From the NCBI GenBank assembly GCA_017940105.1, contig JAGAZG010000168.1, positions 1,136-65,135 of the forward strand: a stretch of DNA of 64,000 nt, given 5' to 3'. Both the position numbers and the translations under genes were made by a program. Within the stretch, counting starts at the first letter, position 1; every line of letters starts with the position of its first letter. This document shows positions 53,591 through 63,978 of this stretch, piece after piece. Origin of the DNA: Mailhella sp. GTDB lineage: Bacteria; Desulfobacterota; Desulfovibrionia; Desulfovibrionales; Desulfovibrionaceae. The notes under the pieces were generated by a model. The model saw nothing but the letters and a program-made list of their open reading frames with translations. It was not told the DNA's origin and made no database searches.

Positions 53591-55126
53591 TCACACCGGC
53601 ACAGCTACCTTGGTGGCAACGGCGAAGCTCTCCTCATGACGGAGGCCGATGTCCACATTGTCGATAGCACGAATCAGCGTCTGGTCATTCTCGAATGCAG
53701 ACACGAGAGCACCAGACTCATCCGTCCAGGAACCCTCACGGCTGGTTTCGATTTCCAGAGCGCCCTGCTCGCCGATGATGAGGTCATTCCAGTTGCCGAA
53801 GATGATGCTGGTCTTGCCACTGTTGGTTTCCAACAGATTCGTGGTCTGGTATGGATAGCCGACCAGTGTGTGGTTCTCGTTCATCTCCTTGGCGAAGATG
53901 AAGCCACCTACATCATCGCGCATAGCCTTCAGGAACTGCTCTACGCTGGTGTTGAACACGAAGCCCAGACCGTCAGCATAGACGTTGTTCTTCAGCACAG
54001 AAGCTACAAGGTAGTTCGGGAAAGCGGCAGTCAGCACACCTGCGCTGCTTGCGTATGCGGCATCAATCGCAGTCACGTCGATGTTCTGGACGTTCTTGTT
54101 CTTCATAATGCCAAGGGGCTGGAATTCACCGCCAGAACCAAGCAGAGCACCGTAATCAACACCGAGAGCCATCTGCTTCGTGATGTCCTGACCAACGATG
54201 ACATCGTTGTCAAAATTCGTGGAGCGAAGCAGGTCATTGCTCATCGGAATGAGAGCAGTCAGCTTCTTTGCGGAGAGGCGGAGATTGCCGAACTTAGGTG
54301 CAGACTTGGGAATCGCACGATTCTCGCCAGTAAACAACGCACGGGATCCAGTCTTAATCTTGGGAATGTTGAGGTTGCCATTGGACATACCGAGCCGACG
54401 AGCGCCAAGGCTGTAAATGACAGTGGCGGGATAAAGCAGCTCAATGATTTCGTTGGCATAAACCTCCGGCACGAGATAGCCGCCCTCGCTGGGATTCGTA
54501 GCAGACAGAGCTTTGAACTCCTTCGCCATTTCGCTGTCATTGAACTTCTGCTCTGCATTATAGGCAGCCCTCTCGAAGTCACCCTTGGAAGCATGGATGC
54601 ACTTCACAGCACGTCCAAACATACCATAGACTGTCTTCTTGCGTTCAGGTGCGGACATTGAAGCGATGCGAGCTTTGAAGCCATCAGGCTTGTCCTGCCC
54701 AGCAGTACCAGTCAGGAAGATGTTGGCATACTTGCGACCCGTCTGCTGGGGCTTTGCACTCTTGGTTTCAGGAGCCGGAGCCTCACCTTTCTTGTCTCCG
54801 TTCTGAAGTGCATCCAGTGCCTTCACTACGGTGGCAAAGAAGTCTGCCGGAATCTCCGTCTGGCCTTCTTTTGACTTGCCCTCATCGGCGTTGTCAGTAC
54901 CTTCATCTGCGTTGCTGTTATCGGCATCGCCCTCATCAGCTTCGCCACTTTTGGACTCGCCATCCTCACCGCTTCCTACGATGGCTGCAAGCTCGCCGAC
55001 GATTTCCTCGACGGTGAACCCTTCAGCTACATCCTCGCCAGCTTCTTTGCGGGCCTTGCGCTTTTCGCTGAGGTTGTTGTAGATTTTGGCAATAATCTCA
55101 GCAAGTTCTTTCTGATTCAGCTTCAT
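53591..55126 (-). CDS. Major capsid protein, HK97 fold
   Basis: GGYLVPE after delta domain; IIFGNW; AFENDQT. Confidence 0.92.
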   Translation of the reverse strand: MKLNQKELAEIIAKIYNNLSEKRKARKEAGEDVAEGFTVEEIVGELAAIVGSGEDGESKSGEADEGDADNSNADEGTDNADEGKSKEGQTEIPADFFATVVKALDALQNGDKKGEAPAPETKSAKPQQTGRKYANIFLTGTAGQDKPDGFKARIASMSAPERKKTVYGMFGRAVKCIHASKGDFERAAYNAEQKFNDSEMAKEFKALSATNPSEGGYLVPEVYANEIIELLYPATVIYSLGARRLGMSNGNLNIPKIKTGSRALFTGENRAIPKSAPKFGNLRLSAKKLTALIPMSNDLLRSTNFDNDVIVGQDITKQMALGVDYGALLGSGGEFQPLGIMKNKNVQNIDVTAIDAAYASSAGVLTAAFPNYLVASVLKNNVYADGLGFVFNTSVEQFLKAMRDDVGGFIFAKEMNENHTLVGYPYQTTNLLETNSGKTSIIFGNWNDLIIGEQGALEIETSREGSWTDESGALVSAFENDQTLIRAIDNVDIGLRHEESFAVATKVAVPV

Positions 55127-55146
55127 TTCGATTTACCTCCTGTTTC

Positions 55147-55881
55147 TTAGGGAACAATCTCAAAGACCATTCCAGACGACTTCATGCCTTTCTGCGGCTG
55201 GTCTTCCTGCTGCTGCGGGCTGTCACTCAAGAGCGGGTCGAGAATGTCAGTCAGCTCACGCATGACAGCGATGAAAGGCTTGATGGCTTCCAGCTTTGTG
55301 CGGGTCAGCTTCCCGGCTTTCGCCTCGGATGCAATCTCGTCAACCAAGGTTTTGAGTTCCTCAGTCCCGGACTGCAACGACTTCACAGCGTCAATCTTTG
55401 CCTGATTATTCATGGCCCAGGTCACAATCGACACTTCCCACAGCCGGATTTCTTTGAGATGCCGGATGCCAGTGATGCTGTCGAAGTCATACTTCACAGT
55501 ATCATAGCCAATCGACATCTCTGTCAGGACTCCATCTTTCAGAAGAGTACGGATGTCCCGTCCCGTCTGAGTGTCGCTTATCTTGCCTCTGATGTAGAGG
55601 CCGTGGTCATCCTCTTTCAGCTCCAAGGGCTTGCCTATCGGCAAGTCATGCCCTCTGTGCTGCGACAGGATTTTGATGCGACTGAAATCCTCAAGGATTG
55701 TTCTGGCGAACGCTCCTTTTTCGATGATGTCATCACCATCATCCTTGTTGCCGAAAACGGCAGCATAGCCAGAGAACTCGCCCTCCTCGTTCGCCTCTTT
55801 CAGCTCGAACTTAAAGGACTTATACTCTCTGCCGGTGTTTTCGTTGTCCATGCAACGTACCTCCTTTCCTCGGAATGTCAT
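55147..55881 (-). CDS. HK97-family prohead protease
   Basis: FSGYAAVF, D...DIIEKGAF, MSIGY, LWEVSIVTWAMN. Confidence 0.92.
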   Translation of the reverse strand: MTFRGKEVRCMDNENTGREYKSFKFELKEANEEGEFSGYAAVFGNKDDGDDIIEKGAFARTILEDFSRIKILSQHRGHDLPIGKPLELKEDDHGLYIRGKISDTQTGRDIRTLLKDGVLTEMSIGYDTVKYDFDSITGIRHLKEIRLWEVSIVTWAMNNQAKIDAVKSLQSGTEELKTLVDEIASEAKAGKLTRTKLEAIKPFIAVMRELTDILDPLLSDSPQQQEDQPQKGMKSSGMVFEIVP

Positions 55882-55884
55882 ATC

Positions 55885-57996
55885 TTAAAAACCGCCGTAG
55901 GTGAGGTAACACCGGCAGTTAATAAGCTCTCCTGGGCGGTTGTCATTCGGGTCACGGGGGTAAAGCAACCCGTTCGAGAACTTCTCGTCGATGGCCCGCG
56001 TCTCACCTTCCAGCTTGACGTGGTTTGCCTTGCCGTGCGTCCCATCCCTGGGGTCAACCTGCGGCCTGTGATGCCACGTCTTAGTCTGCGCCCCGGCAGC
56101 TTTCATCATGTCAAACTGCCCTGTGGCGAGAGCCGTCATGGTTTCCTGACGGGCAATCAGTTTTGCCCTCGACTTCGTGGTTCCCATCTCCGCCAGAATT
56201 TCTTTTCTCAGTTCTGCCTGACTTGAGCCATTCGCCACGCCAGCGGCAACAATTTCAGCCACACGCTTCTGCGTTGTGGCCTCGATGCCGACGATTCTCT
56301 TGCCGCCGTTTATCTTGGCTGCGCTGACAAATTCAGGACGGTCAATAGAGGTCAGGGTATAATTCTCCTGATTGATGGCCGCCCCATCATCGTATGCCTT
56401 TTTCCACAACGGCAGGAACAGCTCGCCCAGCTTTTTGGCTTCCTCTTTCCAGTCAAGCAAGCCGGAAACAACAGCTTCGGCCAGCAAACGCTGTTCCTCC
56501 TCAGACATCACGTTCCACAGCTCTGCGTCGAACGTGCCATCCGGCAGCAGGAACTGTTCCAGCTTGGCAAGAGCCTCATTCATGCCGGCCTTGTCCTTCA
56601 AGCCAAGAGCTTTCGCTACCGCAGATTGCTGCTCCGTGAAATGCCGGGTTACAGCAACCTCGAAAAGCCGTGCATCTTCCTGCACGGCTGTCGCTTCCTG
56701 CCGAAGCAGGAGGGCGATATTGAATTGTCGTCCCTTCTCGCCATGTTCACTGCTGAGGCCGAGCGTGTCTTGCATCAATGCTTGTGTCACATCAGTCGGG
56801 TTGTCACCCTCGTTTACGAACAGGTCATTGATGCCGATACGGAACACATCGCCATTGTCAGTGTCAGGCAAGTCCAGGAGCCGCCTAGCCTCATTCCTCG
56901 TGAGCAAGCCACCACTGTACCCCTCTATGGCTCTTGTCTTGTCGAATTCTTTGTCGTAAGGAATTACGGCTTCATACCGCCAGACGATGTTCTCGCCAAA
57001 CAGCGGAATGAGCTGCTTGTTTATCGCTTCCTCACGGTTCCTGATTTTCGGTGTCAGCACATTCTTTGCATAGATGTACTGCGCCGCGTCAGCCGTCGAG
57101 CGATTGCTGTTCTCGGTGATGCCCATGATTTCACGAGGCACACCAAAATGTTCAAGGACTGCATCGCGCATGGCTGTGCGGCTTTCGATGAAACCGAGGT
57201 TGCCGCCGTTGGCGTTGCCCATCACATGAATGCTGACATCGCCGGACAGGGCAGCCGCCTTGTGGCTGTTCTCCACACCTTTGTGCTTCTGGTTCCAGCG
57301 GGCCAGGAATGCGTCACGCTGTTCCTTCGTCGCATTCGGCATACTGAACACAACAGGCGGCGTGGCATCGTTGTAGAAGAACCGCTTCTGGAACTTGGCA
57401 GCGTACTCATCAATCTCAACCTCGTCCGCAATGCTTTCAGCAATGCCCAGCCCTCGCATGAACGGGTCAAGGGGGTTGAGCTGCTTCATCACAAACATAT
57501 CATCCACAGGGACGGTCATGTTCAAACCACCCGGCGAGACTATCGAGTATTTCGGACTGCCGAGATACGGCGTGGCCTTTACCCAATGGGGCGGGACGTT
57601 CCACAATTCCACCGGCATACCGCTTTCATTCCTCTCAATCAGGAAATAGCTTTCGCCGACGAGCATCAGGTATATCTCGTGCAGCCGCCACATCGCAGAA
57701 CTCGTCATCTCATACAGCGGGTTCGGCTGTCCCATGAAGTCAAGGAAGGGATGGCTCAAGACCTCGACTTCTGTGCCGTCCGGCTGGATTTGATACAGCT
57801 TGCCTTCGATGTTCGCTAGATCGCTGGCAATCCTGTCCACCACCGCAAGCCGGGGGCTTTTCGAGAACATGGCAAGCCATTCCGACGTGTTCATGGTCGG
57901 TGGTCTTGTCCACCTCGATATGAAGCTGTTACGGTTGCTGTCCGTGTACGCTTCTTGCGATTTCTTTCTCCCAAACAGGGTATCAAATATACTCAT
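55885..57996 (-). CDS. Portal protein fused to MuF/gp7-like minor head domain
   Basis: HK97-type portal N-terminus; C-terminal RAKLIARQET...KTW...ELINCRC. Confidence 0.88.
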   Translation of the reverse strand: MSIFDTLFGRKKSQEAYTDSNRNSFISRWTRPPTMNTSEWLAMFSKSPRLAVVDRIASDLANIEGKLYQIQPDGTEVEVLSHPFLDFMGQPNPLYEMTSSAMWRLHEIYLMLVGESYFLIERNESGMPVELWNVPPHWVKATPYLGSPKYSIVSPGGLNMTVPVDDMFVMKQLNPLDPFMRGLGIAESIADEVEIDEYAAKFQKRFFYNDATPPVVFSMPNATKEQRDAFLARWNQKHKGVENSHKAAALSGDVSIHVMGNANGGNLGFIESRTAMRDAVLEHFGVPREIMGITENSNRSTADAAQYIYAKNVLTPKIRNREEAINKQLIPLFGENIVWRYEAVIPYDKEFDKTRAIEGYSGGLLTRNEARRLLDLPDTDNGDVFRIGINDLFVNEGDNPTDVTQALMQDTLGLSSEHGEKGRQFNIALLLRQEATAVQEDARLFEVAVTRHFTEQQSAVAKALGLKDKAGMNEALAKLEQFLLPDGTFDAELWNVMSEEEQRLLAEAVVSGLLDWKEEAKKLGELFLPLWKKAYDDGAAINQENYTLTSIDRPEFVSAAKINGGKRIVGIEATTQKRVAEIVAAGVANGSSQAELRKEILAEMGTTKSRAKLIARQETMTALATGQFDMMKAAGAQTKTWHHRPQVDPRDGTHGKANHVKLEGETRAIDEKFSNGLLYPRDPNDNRPGELINCRCYLTYGGF

Positions 57997-58004
57997 AATC
58001 CACC

Positions 58005-59381
58005 TCAGAACGAGAAACCAAAGTCTGGTATGCCGTTTTCCAGTTCGGCATAAGCGTTTGCCGATGCGTCAACCATATCTTTCAACGCCATCACGGGGAA
58101 ATTCTCCAACTGTCTGAAATACTCATCATTCCATTCAGCGGTCATAACATCAACATTCCCAGCCAGCCACTGCGATGAAAACGGCTCGGCACGAGTTATT
58201 TTGTCACCCGTCTCTGGCATCGTAATCACATGGAATCCGCCGAGCAGTCTTACGAAACTCTGCACTTGGTCTTTACCGGCCTGTCCGGGGTCTTGCGGCA
58301 AGCGCACCGTGACATTGCCATAGAGCGCATTGTCGCTGACTGCCGTGTTCCTTATCAGCCGTCTAACGTCAGCGCTGTTCTCACGAACATTTATCACATC
58401 CGCAATAACAGTTCTGCCGTCTTTCCGCTTGCCCATCAAAACGCCAGCCGTGCAAGCGCTTTCCTTGTTCTCGCTTGGTATGGTCGCAGCCAAATCCCAG
58501 GCTCGAACCCAACGAACAACATCTGTCGGCACCGCATTGAGCATTTCGCCCACTTTCGACCTCTTGAAGTAGAACCCGGCAGCAGGGCGAATTTTCCAGT
58601 TGCCTCTGAGCAATCGTTCTTTCTCCACGATGCCGAGGCCGTGCAGGTTCGCCAGATATGACGGGTTGCGTTCCAGCAGAATCTTGTTGTCATAGATATT
58701 CGATGCTATGAAGGTCACGCTTTTGCAAAACTCTGGCTTGAAGTCAGGGTTGCCTTTCAGCATTTCCGTCAACTCGTCTACGGAATCAGCCCACGTTATT
58801 TCTTCCGCATCACGGAAAAACCAGCGAATCTTTCCAGACCGTTCGGGTATCGGATAGCCAGTATCTTGGTCAATCCACCATGCAATAAACTTGGCGACCC
58901 AACTATCCACATCGGGATTGCAAGTCGCTCTGATGCAAGGCTTCACGCCACAGGTACTGCGGTTTCGTGATAGCATATAGAAAAACTGCGTTTCGGAGAA
59001 ATGGCACAGCTCATCAAAACCCAAATAACAAATCTGAGAGCCTTGCCATTTCGGCAAATCGCGGTCGCCGTCGATGTGCATAAAGGACACTCTCGCCTTG
59101 CCGTTAAACGTCCAATGAGGCTTCGGACTGGCCTTATATACAGCGCTTCGTAAAAGGCCATATATCTGCATACTTTCGTCCAACAAACCACCGTCAATGG
59201 TTATCTGCGTGGCATTCTTACGAAAAATTGTCGCGGTATAGCCATCCACGTTCATGTGACGCAACGGTTCAAGAAGCAGAGCATACGTCTTCCCGCCGCC
59301 AGCCGCCCCACCGTAAATTGCGATGTCGGCATTTGTTGCGAGGAACTTTTCTTGCGGCCCTCTCTGCGGCTTAAGAATCAT
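58005..59381 (-). CDS. Terminase large subunit
   Basis: GGAAGGGKT, FDEL, ATCNP, RAWDLA, DMVDA. Confidence 0.93.
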   Translation of the reverse strand: MILKPQRGPQEKFLATNADIAIYGGAAGGGKTYALLLEPLRHMNVDGYTATIFRKNATQITIDGGLLDESMQIYGLLRSAVYKASPKPHWTFNGKARVSFMHIDGDRDLPKWQGSQICYLGFDELCHFSETQFFYMLSRNRSTCGVKPCIRATCNPDVDSWVAKFIAWWIDQDTGYPIPERSGKIRWFFRDAEEITWADSVDELTEMLKGNPDFKPEFCKSVTFIASNIYDNKILLERNPSYLANLHGLGIVEKERLLRGNWKIRPAAGFYFKRSKVGEMLNAVPTDVVRWVRAWDLAATIPSENKESACTAGVLMGKRKDGRTVIADVINVRENSADVRRLIRNTAVSDNALYGNVTVRLPQDPGQAGKDQVQSFVRLLGGFHVITMPETGDKITRAEPFSSQWLAGNVDVMTAEWNDEYFRQLENFPVMALKDMVDASANAYAELENGIPDFGFSF

Positions 59382-59856
59382 CTTTACCACTCCCATTGTC
59401 CGGCAAGTAAATCTGAACGTCCTGCTGTGCATTTTCGTCGATTTGCTCGCTATCATTGACAGGGCAATAGTCGCGGTATTTGTCCCTCAAGCGATTTTTC
59501 GCAAGGAAAATCTGCATCGTAGCGTTGGGAGGTATCTGCTTCTTCACCTTTTCTATTTTCAAGATTTTCCCAGATTCAGGGTCAATCGTTGATTTGATTT
59601 CTTCGACATAGGCGCGTCCGCAAGCAAGGTCAATCATCGAAGTTTCGATGTCCAGGTTCGGCTCGGTTTTCGCTTCCCTCAACGCTTTCTGAAATTGAGG
59701 ATACTTCGTCTGCCACGAATAAAAGGTTCGTTCTTTTATGCCCATTTTCTTGATGATTTGCTGGTCGGTCAAACCAAGTTTTGCCCACTTGCAAACCATT
59801 TCAAGACCTTTGCCCTCTATCCACTCTTTATAAACACCGATTCCCACCTCAATCAC
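59371..59856 (-). CDS. Terminase small subunit
   Basis: N-terminal HTH, PPNATMQIFLAKNR; directly upstream of large subunit. Confidence 0.8.
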   Translation of the reverse strand: MIEVGIGVYKEWIEGKGLEMVCKWAKLGLTDQQIIKKMGIKERTFYSWQTKYPQFQKALREAKTEPNLDIETSMIDLACGRAYVEEIKSTIDPESGKILKIEKVKKQIPPNATMQIFLAKNRLRDKYRDYCPVNDSEQIDENAQQDVQIYLPDNGSGKDDS

Positions 59857-60790
59857 CCAGATACTTTTCTGACAGGATGCGGAGGAAGTCTAGTTTGTTT
59901 TTCGGGTCTAGCCCTTCCTCGTCAATCATCTTCTTTACGGCTTTGGAAATGATGTCAGCCGATTCCTGCGGCAAGGCATTTGAACCGAAGATGCTAGTCA
60001 TCTGCACCCACTGTTCCTCGCCTGTATAGCCAGCCTCGTCCATCGCTTGCAACGTCAGCTTGGTCATAGCATGGATTGCAGCCCCGATATTCTTCACATC
60101 TGCGAAGCCCTGGTATTTTGCCAGCGCCTCAAGGAATGGCTTATATTCCTCGATGCTTGCCACACCAACGCAATCCGGTGACATACGCTTCACAGCCTCG
60201 ATGAGCTTGTCCATGTCGTTTATCTGGTGCGGCAGGAACGTAAACACGATGTTCTTCCACTCGAAAGTCATAACTGGACTCAGATACTTGTCAATGTCCT
60301 CATGCACTTCAGCCAGCACATCTTTTCCGGCATACGATTCAATCATGTCGTCCACATCGTCAAGTAGCTTCGCCAGTTCCTTCAAAGTGGACTGATCATC
60401 GAAACCGGAAATTGCATTATGAGCAATCTGCTTTGCCGTTATTTTCGAGCGATTCAGCCCACTCACATCAAGAATAACATAAAACTCTTTCAATCCAGCA
60501 TCCTTGCCGGAGCGTATTCTGTGATGCCCAGAAATAATCTCAATCCTCGTATCATCCTGCGTCAATGCGCAGAACGGGAGAGATTCTAGCTGACCACGTT
60601 TTTTGATGTTATCGGTCAACTGCTTTTGCATCTCCGTCTTCATAATGCGAGCATTGATGTCCTGCTCACGAATATGGTTTGCAGCTACCTTTGCGATAAC
60701 CAAGCCTGAACCCATGTCAGCTATTTTCTCATATTCTATTTTTTGCTTTTCGCCCGTTCCGTTCTCCACTTCTTTTCCCTCCTGAGCCAT
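59849..60790 (-). CDS. ParB/Srx-domain protein
   Basis: NARIM...L..NI...EIISGHHR. Confidence 0.8.
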   Translation of the reverse strand: MAQEGKEVENGTGEKQKIEYEKIADMGSGLVIAKVAANHIREQDINARIMKTEMQKQLTDNIKKRGQLESLPFCALTQDDTRIEIISGHHRIRSGKDAGLKEFYVILDVSGLNRSKITAKQIAHNAISGFDDQSTLKELAKLLDDVDDMIESYAGKDVLAEVHEDIDKYLSPVMTFEWKNIVFTFLPHQINDMDKLIEAVKRMSPDCVGVASIEEYKPFLEALAKYQGFADVKNIGAAIHAMTKLTLQAMDEAGYTGEEQWVQMTSIFGSNALPQESADIISKAVKKMIDEEGLDPKNKLDFLRILSEKYLGD

Positions 60791-62163
60791 TCAATCAACG
60801 TCTGCTTTTCAGTTCTGTCTTTCAGCTCTGACACATAGGTCAGTCGATAACCAAACTTTGGGTCTTTTTCCCGTTTCGTCAGCTTCATAATGCCACGCAT
60901 TTCTTTCGCTTCAGGGTACTTTGTCATCTGCACTGTTTTGAGCGTTTTTGCTTTTTCGCGCTCCAAGTCTGTGCAAAGTCCGAGAATGAATTGCCTATTC
61001 TGTGCTACCATCGTCAGCAAACGATTCAAGCGGTAAACCCTATGCGGGACTGTCATTCCATACATCACAAAAACGGAATCTGATACCAGTCCGCCAAAAG
61101 CTCCCATCGTCAGGGCTGCTTTATCCAAACCAAAAACACCGGCAATTTTTTTGTCGATGAACAAAGCTATGTTTATCTGCGCAGCCGCCCCCGTGAAATT
61201 ATGCGTCCACAGCTTGCGGTAATACTGCGCTGACTTCGACTCAATCCGGCAAACTTGAATGTCGGAGGTTTCCTGTATCTCATAATCAATAGGCAGCATA
61301 GGGCAATCGAGAGGCAGCAATTCTGACTCGTTTGGCCTGTCAATTTTCTTGCCTTCTGCCAATTCAACGGCTTCATCCGGGCGGTTCGTCGTCAAATATA
61401 CGTTCACGCCATTTCTTACGCCATACCTTGCAAACACAGGAGAACCTGCGGTGGCTCCGGGGACATTTTCCTCGTAGCAAAGCACCAAGCACTTCGCGTC
61501 TTTAACCAAGTCCATGAACTGCTTCAAGCCCGTCTTCGGGTCAAACATTCCATATTCCGGTTCCTTCCACGTCATGTTCCCGCCAGTGTCATAATACTTT
61601 TCAAACCCAGCCAGGTATGTTGGCGGGTTTGCAATCACAAGAGCATGAGGGTCATCAAGCACCTCATCCATGTGCTTCCACATATCGAGCGCACGGTAGC
61701 TCATGCCACCGAGAATACTTCTGGCCCTATCAAGCTGTTCGCGAAGGAATTTAATATGCTCCTCGCGTCTTTGCTCCATGTCAACCATGTAGTTGTAGAA
61801 GTAATCCTTGCCAGCATTCTTTACCATGCTGAGATACTTCCATGCGTAAAGCGCGACTGCCGGGTCAAGCAACTCCTCATTAGTAAAGCCGTTCGCCCGC
61901 AGCTCCAATTCTTCCAGCGACTGACCAGTTATTGCATAGCCCATAATCGACGTGAACATTGACACGTCAGACGCTTCAATCTGGTTCGGCTTGAACCCAG
62001 CTTGCGTAGCAAGATGCGACATGGCAAAAGCGCCAGCGCACGGCTCCACAAATCTTGTGTACCCATTGCGGGCCGCATTCGTAATCAGCGTCTTCAGGAA
62101 TTTTTGTTCCGATGGCACTAGCGTACCAAGGAAAAACGTCCCTGGATTTTGGAATTTCGCCAT
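60736..62163 (-). CDS. Adenine methyltransferase-like protein with extra C-terminal domain
   Basis: Motif I FVEPCAG, motif IV-like NPPTY. Confidence 0.7.
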   Translation of the reverse strand: MAKFQNPGTFFLGTLVPSEQKFLKTLITNAARNGYTRFVEPCAGAFAMSHLATQAGFKPNQIEASDVSMFTSIMGYAITGQSLEELELRANGFTNEELLDPAVALYAWKYLSMVKNAGKDYFYNYMVDMEQRREEHIKFLREQLDRARSILGGMSYRALDMWKHMDEVLDDPHALVIANPPTYLAGFEKYYDTGGNMTWKEPEYGMFDPKTGLKQFMDLVKDAKCLVLCYEENVPGATAGSPVFARYGVRNGVNVYLTTNRPDEAVELAEGKKIDRPNESELLPLDCPMLPIDYEIQETSDIQVCRIESKSAQYYRKLWTHNFTGAAAQINIALFIDKKIAGVFGLDKAALTMGAFGGLVSDSVFVMYGMTVPHRVYRLNRLLTMVAQNRQFILGLCTDLEREKAKTLKTVQMTKYPEAKEMRGIMKLTKREKDPKFGYRLTYVSELKDRTEKQTLIEWLRREKKWRTERAKSKK

Positions 62164-62228
62164 GCAAACCTGTCCTTTCCTCTAAGCAATATAACAGCCC
62201 CGGCCAATATAGCCGGGGCTTCATTTTC

Positions 62229-62304
62229 TGGTCCGCCGAGCAGGAATCGAACACTGCGTCCTCCCGATAAAGAGTCGGGTGCTTTGACACTAAGCTATCG
62301 ACGG
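62229..62304 (-). tRNA. tRNA-Lys(CUU), atypical
   Basis: Acceptor CCGUCGA/UCGGCGG-ACCA, D stem GCUU/AAGC, anticodon arm CCCGA-CUCUUUA-UCGGG, UUCGAUU T loop; hairpin at 62195-62220 follows. Confidence 0.8.
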
Positions 62305-62326
62305 TTTATTCAGTTTTGCTGGATTA

Positions 62327-63130
62327 TCATTCCAGCGTTATATGTTGAACGCGAGCCTTGCCGTTTTTCAGCATTTCGACTGCGCTTTCAATATCCATTT
62401 CTCGTTCATTGCCCTTTCGGTCAACCCAAAACGCTTTGTTGGCGGGATCACGGGAAAGCACTAATCTGATTTTTGCCTTCGAGTCATCGTCTTTCAGCAA
62501 TTCAGCTTTTCCTTGTGCCAGCAGGTCAAGAGCTACGGCATCAGCGATTCTCGCTTTCTTGCCAGTAGCGCGGTCAACCTGATAGTACATATCTCCGCCT
62601 TGCCAGCCATTCTCGTCATGCCACAATGAGTAGATGGCCTTAACGAGCAGCTTTTCTTCGACAACAGCAGGAGGCTTTTCTTCTGAAAAATTCAGTTCCT
62701 CTTGCTTGATTTCGGGTTCTTCGACCGTCTTTTTCTTCACGCCCTTGACAGGCGAATCGTCCTTCAGTTCTGGAATGACTTGCCCCGTTCGCTTCATCCA
62801 CCATGACGCGAACACCAGCCGATGACACCATTCATTCGGCTTTCGCACATCCTCATAACAACACAGGACGACATCTTTGCCTAGCTCGGTATACTTTCGC
62901 AACTGAGCTGAGATTCTTTCCACACCGAGACGGTCGAGATGTTCCATATACGGTGGCGTGAACTCGTCACGATCGTAAATGTTGAACAGCTCCCTCGGCG
63001 GGGCAATGTCGATGATGTTTCCAGCCCGTTCGTACTTCAGCTTAAACCTTGGCAGCCCTCTGACAATGCCGACCACCGTATAGTTCCCGCTGCTTAGCTC
63101 CGGGTTTGAAAACCGGCTTGTATAAATCAT
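62327..63130 (-). CDS. DUF488-like N-terminal domain protein
   Basis: MIYTSRF...IAPP..L...VVLCCYE....CHR. Confidence 0.7.
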   Translation of the reverse strand: MIYTSRFSNPELSSGNYTVVGIVRGLPRFKLKYERAGNIIDIAPPRELFNIYDRDEFTPPYMEHLDRLGVERISAQLRKYTELGKDVVLCCYEDVRKPNEWCHRLVFASWWMKRTGQVIPELKDDSPVKGVKKKTVEEPEIKQEELNFSEEKPPAVVEEKLLVKAIYSLWHDENGWQGGDMYYQVDRATGKKARIADAVALDLLAQGKAELLKDDDSKAKIRLVLSRDPANKAFWVDRKGNEREMDIESAVEMLKNGKARVQHITLE

Positions 63131-63281
63131 AGTCATCACTCCTCGTACCGCATTTTCTTCGCTCTGCACACTTCACACTTCGCAGTATCGTCGGATGCTG
63201 ATAACATGATTATACCACAGGCCCATGCGGGCTTGTGCGTAATTTTCGATGCTATCATTTTATCACCTGCATAGTGCCACG

Positions 63282-63710
63282 TCAATGGCGGCTTTGTGAC
63301 ACGATGCGACATTCCTTGATGTCCGGATTTTGCTCGCGGAACCAGTCCCCAAGCCCTTCCAGCAATTTTTCAGGCTCGCAAGGTGTGACAGGAGCGAACT
63401 CCACCCCGACATCCATCATGGCATTCTTCACTGCGGAGAACTCCCTTTCATGGCCATTCATCCGTGCTCTTGCTGTTGCCATTCGCTCGCCGTGGTCATT
63501 AAAACTCTCAAACGAAGCATGAGCCAGCGGGTTGCCAGCACTCACAGAATCGCCTATCGACAGCTTGGCAAGCGTAATCACATAAGGCAAGCCGCCTCCG
63601 ACAGTCACCTTGCCAGTCAACGTGTACGCCTTCACGTTGCTTGCGTAGCTAGGCACTTGGTTCAGGCCGTCAAACGGCCTTGGCGTAAAACTCCTAATCA
63701 TTGTTTCCAT
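63282..63710 (-). CDS. Hypothetical protein
   Basis: 142 aa, GGGAGG RBS. Confidence 0.65.
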   Translation of the reverse strand: METMIRSFTPRPFDGLNQVPSYASNVKAYTLTGKVTVGGGLPYVITLAKLSIGDSVSAGNPLAHASFESFNDHGERMATARARMNGHEREFSAVKNAMMDVGVEFAPVTPCEPEKLLEGLGDWFREQNPDIKECRIVSQSRH

Positions 63711-63978
63711 CCTCCCTTCGCATCTGTTTGATGCGTTTTTTCAAATCATCGTCTGTCTCGAACGTGCTGTCATGCCCCAGGCAGTTGCCCAATATCCAAA
63801 GCTGTGCATTGCTTGCGCAGCCGCTTGGGTTCAATTCCTTGCGCCAGTCCTTGCCATATTCTATGGCTTTTCGTGCACAGATGTCCAGCACCTTTTCATA
63901 AGTCGCCCTGACATTCTCAGCTATCTGCTTGTCTGGCAACTGCTGACGAACTGGTTTGACCATACATGGATTCATCAT
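63694..63978 (-). CDS. Hypothetical protein
   Basis: 94 aa, AAAGGA RBS. Confidence 0.6.
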   Translation of the reverse strand: MMNPCMVKPVRQQLPDKQIAENVRATYEKVLDICARKAIEYGKDWRKELNPSGCASNAQLWILGNCLGHDSTFETDDDLKKRIKQMRREDGNND

